This document shows, piece after piece, positions 51,501 to 64,000 of a DNA stretch of 64,000 nt (positions within the stretch are counted from its first letter, which is position 1; each line of letters opens with the position of its first letter). The position numbers were made by a program, and so were the translations under genes. This DNA comes from Antedon mediterranea (lineage: Eukaryota > Animalia > Echinodermata), in assembly GCF_964355755.1 (NCBI RefSeq), contig NC_092679.1, positions 20,443,432-20,507,431 on the forward strand, read 5' to 3'. Below the pieces are notes generated by a model. It worked only from the letters and a program-made list of their open reading frames with translations. It made no database searches and had not been told where the DNA came from.

Positions 51501-51725
51501 ACCATTGTACAATACTAAACTATAACTTGAAAGGTTCACAGCTTGCGTTCCATTATTAACAAGTTCTATAAATTCACGGATATCATACAACGGGTTGTCC
51601 GCATTGATCTCATTAATAAGAATCTGACTGTTACACTGCAAAGGTAACCATATAAGGAAACACACTGTCATCAAAATGTGTGTGAAACGACCACCATTAA
51701 CATCTTCACCTCCTAAACAAGCCAT
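36600..51725 (-). CDS. Uncharacterised type I membrane protein: signal peptide + 11 LTD-like repeats + SEA-like domain + TM + short tail; about 2311 aa
   Basis: 17 coding exons: 49183-51725, 48801-48951, 48545-48695, 47633-47844, 46278-46815, 45465-45608, 45191-45360, 44273-44642, 43700-43885, 42597-42746, 41975-42146, 40805-41359, 39684-40523, 39237-39502, 38172-38390, 37372-37483, 36600-36756. They total 6936 nt with compatible phases. Eleven repeats follow the pattern I[NS]E[ILV]x..(E/D)FIEL..GYF..QNGPDAVALY..DAVVY..PGQ..SxSRC..TPGxxNxC. KGSVVF precedes the hydrophobic GFIVAVAVSGVTAVIIVTIIVFII followed by RKK. Confidence 0.9.
37096..37279. mobile_element. MITE family A
   Basis: Both TIRs present (aaactctgtctacactatcaaact / agtttgatagtggagacagagttt). 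Confidence 0.9.
37739..37890. mobile_element. MITE family A
   Basis: Both TIRs present; orientation opposite to the 37096 copy. Confidence 0.88.
38405..38655 (-). mobile_element. Degenerate tRNA-derived SINE with a CORE-like central domain
   Basis: Minus strand: B-box-like gttcgaatcc, then tgtatccttagacaagacactt..ctctccacccag..tgggtacc, and tail aataatgtgcagcgc. Confidence 0.6.
38835..38990. mobile_element. MITE family D fragment
   Basis: Ends ttctagtgggaaccaagctta; internal aattgaccaatcacaagcga. Confidence 0.75.
42339..42494. mobile_element. Tc1/mariner-type MITE (TIR CAGTCAACTCTCCCAATACCG)
   Basis: TA-cagtcaactctcccaataccg ... cggtattgggagagttgaa-TA; inverted termini in a TA context. Confidence 0.8.
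43140..43222 (+). mobile_element. tRNA-like SINE head fragment
   Basis: agctcagtgg (A-box-like) and gggttcgagtccc (B box), without a complete cloverleaf. Confidence 0.55.
46097..46233. mobile_element. MITE family A
   Basis: Both TIRs present, slightly diverged. Confidence 0.88.
46972..47522. repeat. About 17-bp AT-rich minisatellite (ATTTTAATATGGATTGA[C/T])
   Basis: About 30 tandem imperfect units, with interspersed atcaaatcaatc variants. Confidence 0.92.
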
Positions 51726-52704
51726 CTCATCAAGTTAAAACCTAGTAAAAGACACAAAGAAAATAATCAAACTCTTGAAATTTAACAATAAAAGTCCAAA
51801 GAGAAGCCTTGGATTTTATGTTGTTAAGTTGAATAAAGTAAAGAAAGTATGTATTGGCCATAAAACATGAAAATTAGAATAAAGATGAATAAAATCAAAC
51901 TTCGTCAAAGTTACTTACTGTACAGTATACAGTGAAACACGCCTCAAGGGAACAATATCATGAATGAATTACAATATACGCACAACCAGTTTTTCCAAGA
52001 ACAGAGAAATACACAAAACTAACATTAAACAACATTTGAGCTAAACATTAAAATGATAAAACCATGCTTTCTTTTTTAATTTAGGTATTAAAGGATCACC
52101 TATTATGTATTTGCATGGAGTAAACCTCCATGGTATTTGTAAGCAAAGCTTTTAACAATATTTAATAACAAACTGTATTGATAATAATTAATAGAAACAC
52201 TGGCCTAAGCCAACATTTTATCTCGTTTGTGAACATTAAAACAAGCAATAAAACAAGCATTTTTAGTGGTAACTTTTCAAGGTGATGCAGCTACCATGGC
52301 AACCAATGGGTTAGCTAAAGGATACAGTAGAGAGACAAGGTCACAGTTTGTTAAAACACACTAACAAACTGGTACAGACCTAGATTTATTTGTATCTCTT
52401 ATTTTATGGTCATTAGTGTGTTTTGAAGACAGCAGCTGTGTCACTGAACATTTCAAGCAAATAATTGGGAGAATTGTGGAAGAAAATAAATCACCGGAGC
52501 TTATTTCTATCATTATATTACATGAACCCAGGTGTCATTTTAAACTGAAAGGTGGTAGGGTTGGAACATGAAGTATGAACAGTTTAAAGTCAAAACCTCA
52601 GCAACCGTAAACATAGGCATCAGAATGGTCGTTGCTAATAAGCTACCTCTGTATTTATCATTATCATTGGCTTACCAATTCCATCAATCAACCACTCAAG
52701 AGTT

Positions 52705-52873
52705 TAAGGTCCTGTTTCTGCTTCTAAAAAATAACCGGTTAAAAACAGTGTTCGAATAAATTAACCCAAAATTTTTGCCAGCAGAAACAGGATAAATTTT
52801 CTATATAACCGGTTAAACGGCAGCCTAAAAATAACGGTTAAAAACACCCAATCATGCAGCAGAAACAGACCTT
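52705..52873. mobile_element. Small MITE (TIR AAGGTCTGTTTCTGCT)
   Basis: aaggtcctgtttctgct ... gcagcagaaacagacctt; internal taaccggtta repeats. Confidence 0.65.
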
Positions 52874-55217
52874 CATAACCTACTACGATTGTATTGCGAT
52901 CTTTTGTAGCAATTACAACAGAAATGGTGGTTATATGACCAGACTAAGCTACAAGTATAGTCTATGTTTGTGTGACATATAATCTCTAGTTTAATCTAGT
53001 TCTTATTTCTCCATGGCTTGACCCGACCCAAGAACGTTTCGCTCAATCAAAGTTGCCTATAGATTCTCATACTTGGGGTTTAAAAACCAGCTTAGCTAAA
53101 TGGGTTACCCATGCCACTGATACTTTATTAAGATCAAGAGAATTAATTTGGATACACTGATCGACCAATCACGACACTCGATTGTATCAACCTGAAACAA
53201 ACAGTAAACAGTGCAATTTTCGCATTATTTGTGTTTTGCATTAGTGTGTGTATTGTACAATAAACATTATTTTTTTAGGGGTGAACGATTTGGAACTTTA
53301 TAATAAACTTTTTTACAAATACAACTGCACATGAGAATGAGGAACTAATTCTTCCATGTACTAAAATTGCCAATTGGGTGTATCAAAAGATTCAGACTCA
53401 AAATCTTATTCTTTTTCCCAATTTTTTTTTTTAGTTCACAGAATAAAACAATCTTAAATATTATTTGTTTTCTTTTTGATCTTCTGTGAGTGTTTTATAA
53501 AGTAGTATGTAATTTAATAGAATAAAACGATCTTTATTATTTACCATCCTAAAGGAGGTATTTATATAGTTTTAAAAAACCTATTTATTTTCAAATTCAT
53601 TCATTTGTTTTTTTTTTGGCGTTGCTGTTCTTTTGTTAGTCAACTGAAACTATTGTTTGAAAGGCTGGTTACATAACAATTACACCAAACTAAACTTGCA
53701 TACACATGCTTGTAGTGAAATTAGCCTAATCACATACAGCATTAACATTAACAGTGAACTTATGTTGGAGAATTTGACAGTATGCACTCTCGGAGTGCCG
53801 TTCTAGTTATTAACCAGTGTTTTTTATAAAGTACTGTAGTATGTTAAAAAGAAACTGGAGTAGAAGGTCATCTCCCAAACATTGTTTAATCCAATGGTTA
53901 AATAGTGATTGGTTAATATTTAACTTAACTTGAGCTGTGAGAATTTTAAAGAGTCATAAACAAAAAAGGTTCAAGGCAATTTGTATTTGTACAGGTTTAG
54001 GCACTACTTTTGTTTTTATCAACAATCTCCTCATCATAAGTCTAGGACTGGATAACATCTCTTAAGATATTTGGCACTATACATACTCTCTGAAAAACTC
54101 TGGAGTGGTTAAGTGTATTAACCATAAAAAATGTTATTGTATAAATTTGAATTTACAATTACACAATTGAATTATAAGTAATTGGGCTCTTTAGAAAATA
54201 CAAGGGATTGTTTGAAAATGCATTTTAAAACAAAGTCAGCATTGTCTATTAAAAAAAACCCACAAATCTGGCTGAGGCATACTGTAAGGGTTTGAAAACG
54301 TTGTGTTGTTTATTACTGTATTTATAAACCCAAGTGACCACATTTATTAAAACCTGGCCTCAGTGATGTAGCCATGAGAAAAAGTGGTCAGGTTTTCACA
54401 AGAAAAGATTTAAGTGTAAAACAATAGGAAATTCACTACAAGTTAGATCGCATCTTTTTAAATAAGAAAAAAATATTTTAATCAAAAGATCAATATTAAT
54501 TACTATTTAATATTGATTGTTCTTTTAATTTAAATTTTTTTTGCCTATTATAGGAACTAATTTTATTAAAGTGCAAATAGTTACCCAGTGGATGATTTTA
54601 ACATTATGAAAAAATCCTGTAGGCTGTAGTACCACTTTTAAAAAGGCCTGATTTTACGCTTTTTCTGCTTAACAAAAAAAACCTTGAAAAACAAGTTGTT
54701 ACATTTTGATAATTAAAAAAAACCCTATTTTATATGGTTAATTTTGATTCTGTCGGTTTATAAATTTAAAGTAAGAAGTAATTTTAAATGGTCGAAAAAT
54801 ACAAAGTCTATTTTCTTTTTTAAACTTTTTGTATTAATATTTAAGATTTTTTTTTTTTCATTTTGAAAACAAGTCTTCATTCAGTTGTAGTAATTACTAT
54901 AATAATATATATTTAAATTACAATAATTCAGACAACCCATGGTACAGTCAACTACTGCAATACTAATTTACACTCATTACATATGCGTATCTGTTTACAG
55001 CATTCTCGAATTAAAGCTCAGCTTTCAAAATAATCATGCGCCTGGTAGGACAATTTTTCAAGGCTAATGACACAGGCTACATACCATGGCTACATACAGT
55101 TGTAGCCTAGGACTTTCACCGCCTGTCACTCACATTTCTAATGTTAAATACAATTAAATACTCTTATTTAATGAGATTTAAATAATAAAAATGTTACTTT
55201 TAATAAAACAAATTTAC

Positions 55218-55310
55218 CTTCAATAATATATGGAAATAAAACGAACTTTACATCACGATTTTGTCGGCAAATTAGTCTTCTGCATGCCGCATGCTGAGAT
55301 GACAAACTTA
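55218..55310 (-). other. Probable non-coding 5' UTR exon / promoter of the LTD-repeat gene
   Basis: Donor AAG|gtaaat at 55218 and local CpG enrichment. The first coding exon has an acceptor (ttttactag) at 51741, upstream of its ATG, so a 5' exon is required. The upstream boundary is a guess. Confidence 0.45.
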
Positions 55311-55793
55311 TTTTGAGAACTGATGACAACTTAATGATGAATTATAGAGGGCGCTATGAACAAAAATTCCGTATTAAAATAATAATAATTTCAACATTGG
55401 CAGAAAATTTCAAATGAACCGAACTTTAATAAATATTACTTTCTTTATTGGTTAATACAAATAATTATAAAAAAAAACGTTTTATACACTGCTTTAAAAA
55501 ACAATACAGAAACTTTATCTGTACAAATCACAGGTCGATCCTCAAAATGTCTTGCCTATCTTGCATGTAAAAAAAAGGTTTAAATTTAGCACTTAATTTT
55601 ACAACTGTGTAGGCCCTTAACTTATCACCCTCAATACACCATCTATTCAGTAACAGTTTAATACACAAAAAAAGTATGTAATAGAAAAAAAAACATGGGA
55701 TCTCAATTATTTAAAAACTTTTTTAATATTTAATATTTCAATTTCTTATATACATATTTTATATATTTATCTCATCTGTTGAAGTTATCCAAT

Positions 55794-63475
<7,682 letters not shown>

Positions 63476-63701
63476 CTATGGTAAAAATTATAACAGTTCT
63501 AATGAAAACTAAAATTTAGCTAAATTGTCCTGTGTATTGAATGTGCCGAAATTTAGGGAAGGGCGGGGGTAAGAATATGCCTATGGGTTTTAAGCCAAGG
63601 TGAAAAGGAATGCTAAAACTCCACTCCTAAAGACTTGTAATAAGACTTTATGTAGAACATCTTGCATATATGTTTGTCTTGTGAACAGGATTGCCACCTT
63701 T

Positions 63702-63839
63702 AAAGCTCTGTCTACACTATCAAACTAGTTTGGCAAAAAAGTGTAATGTGTCCAAATATGGTAGAGATGATCATCATGTCTATATATGGGCACATCACAT
63801 TTTTTTGTCACATAAAGTTTGATAGTGTAGACAGAGCTT
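63702..63839. mobile_element. MITE family A
   Basis: Perfect TIRs aagctctgtctacactatcaaact / agtttgatagtgtagacagagctt. Confidence 0.92.
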
Positions 63840-63873
63840 ATGAAGGATAGTGAATGAACTTTCTTATGGTTAT

Positions 63874-63877
<4 letters not shown>

Positions 63878-63946
<69 letters not shown>
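63878..63946. repeat. (TA)n microsatellite
   Basis: About 34 TA units with one interruption. Confidence 0.95.
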
Positions 63947-63948
<2 letters not shown>

Positions 63949-64000
63949 ACAAAACAAATAAATTGATAAAGAATCACCTTAGTAGGCAGTGTATATCGTC

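Noticed and set aside
49275-51525. Plus-strand ORFs (49275-49577, 50350-50577, 51229-51525) and similar antisense ORFs over other exons
   Set aside because: Shadow ORFs opposite genuine minus-strand exons, with no recognisable motifs.
49179-51725. Bacterial contamination, or a nuclear lamin gene, as the explanation of the 848-aa ORF
   Set aside because: The ORF splices through canonical introns carrying host MITEs to SEA/TM exons. It has a signal peptide and no coiled-coil rod or CaaX.

Overview
AT-rich, intron-rich animal genomic DNA. It is probably a marine invertebrate deuterostome such as an echinoderm (inferred from the repeat families and protein style). Three spliced genes lie head-to-tail on the minus strand. 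(1) numb: complete, 9 coding exons, 28159->1396, about 521 aa, with a candidate second first exon near 33.1 kb. (2) An uncharacterised type I membrane protein of about 2311 aa: 17 coding exons, 51725->36600, built from a signal peptide, 11 tandem bacterial-like lamin-tail-domain (LTD)-type repeats, a SEA-like domain with a GSVV motif, one TM helix and a short tail. (3) The 3' 14 exons of MCM8, 63475->55794; its 5' end is outside the window. All exon junctions were read by hand and keep the frame. The introns hold several MITE families, tRNA-derived and 5S-derived SINEs, a Penelope-like fragment with a minimal hammerhead ribozyme, minisatellites and dense TACAGTA/TACTGTA motifs. The most interesting object is the 11xLTD-SEA-TM protein. 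Most short ORFs in the supplied track are spurious.
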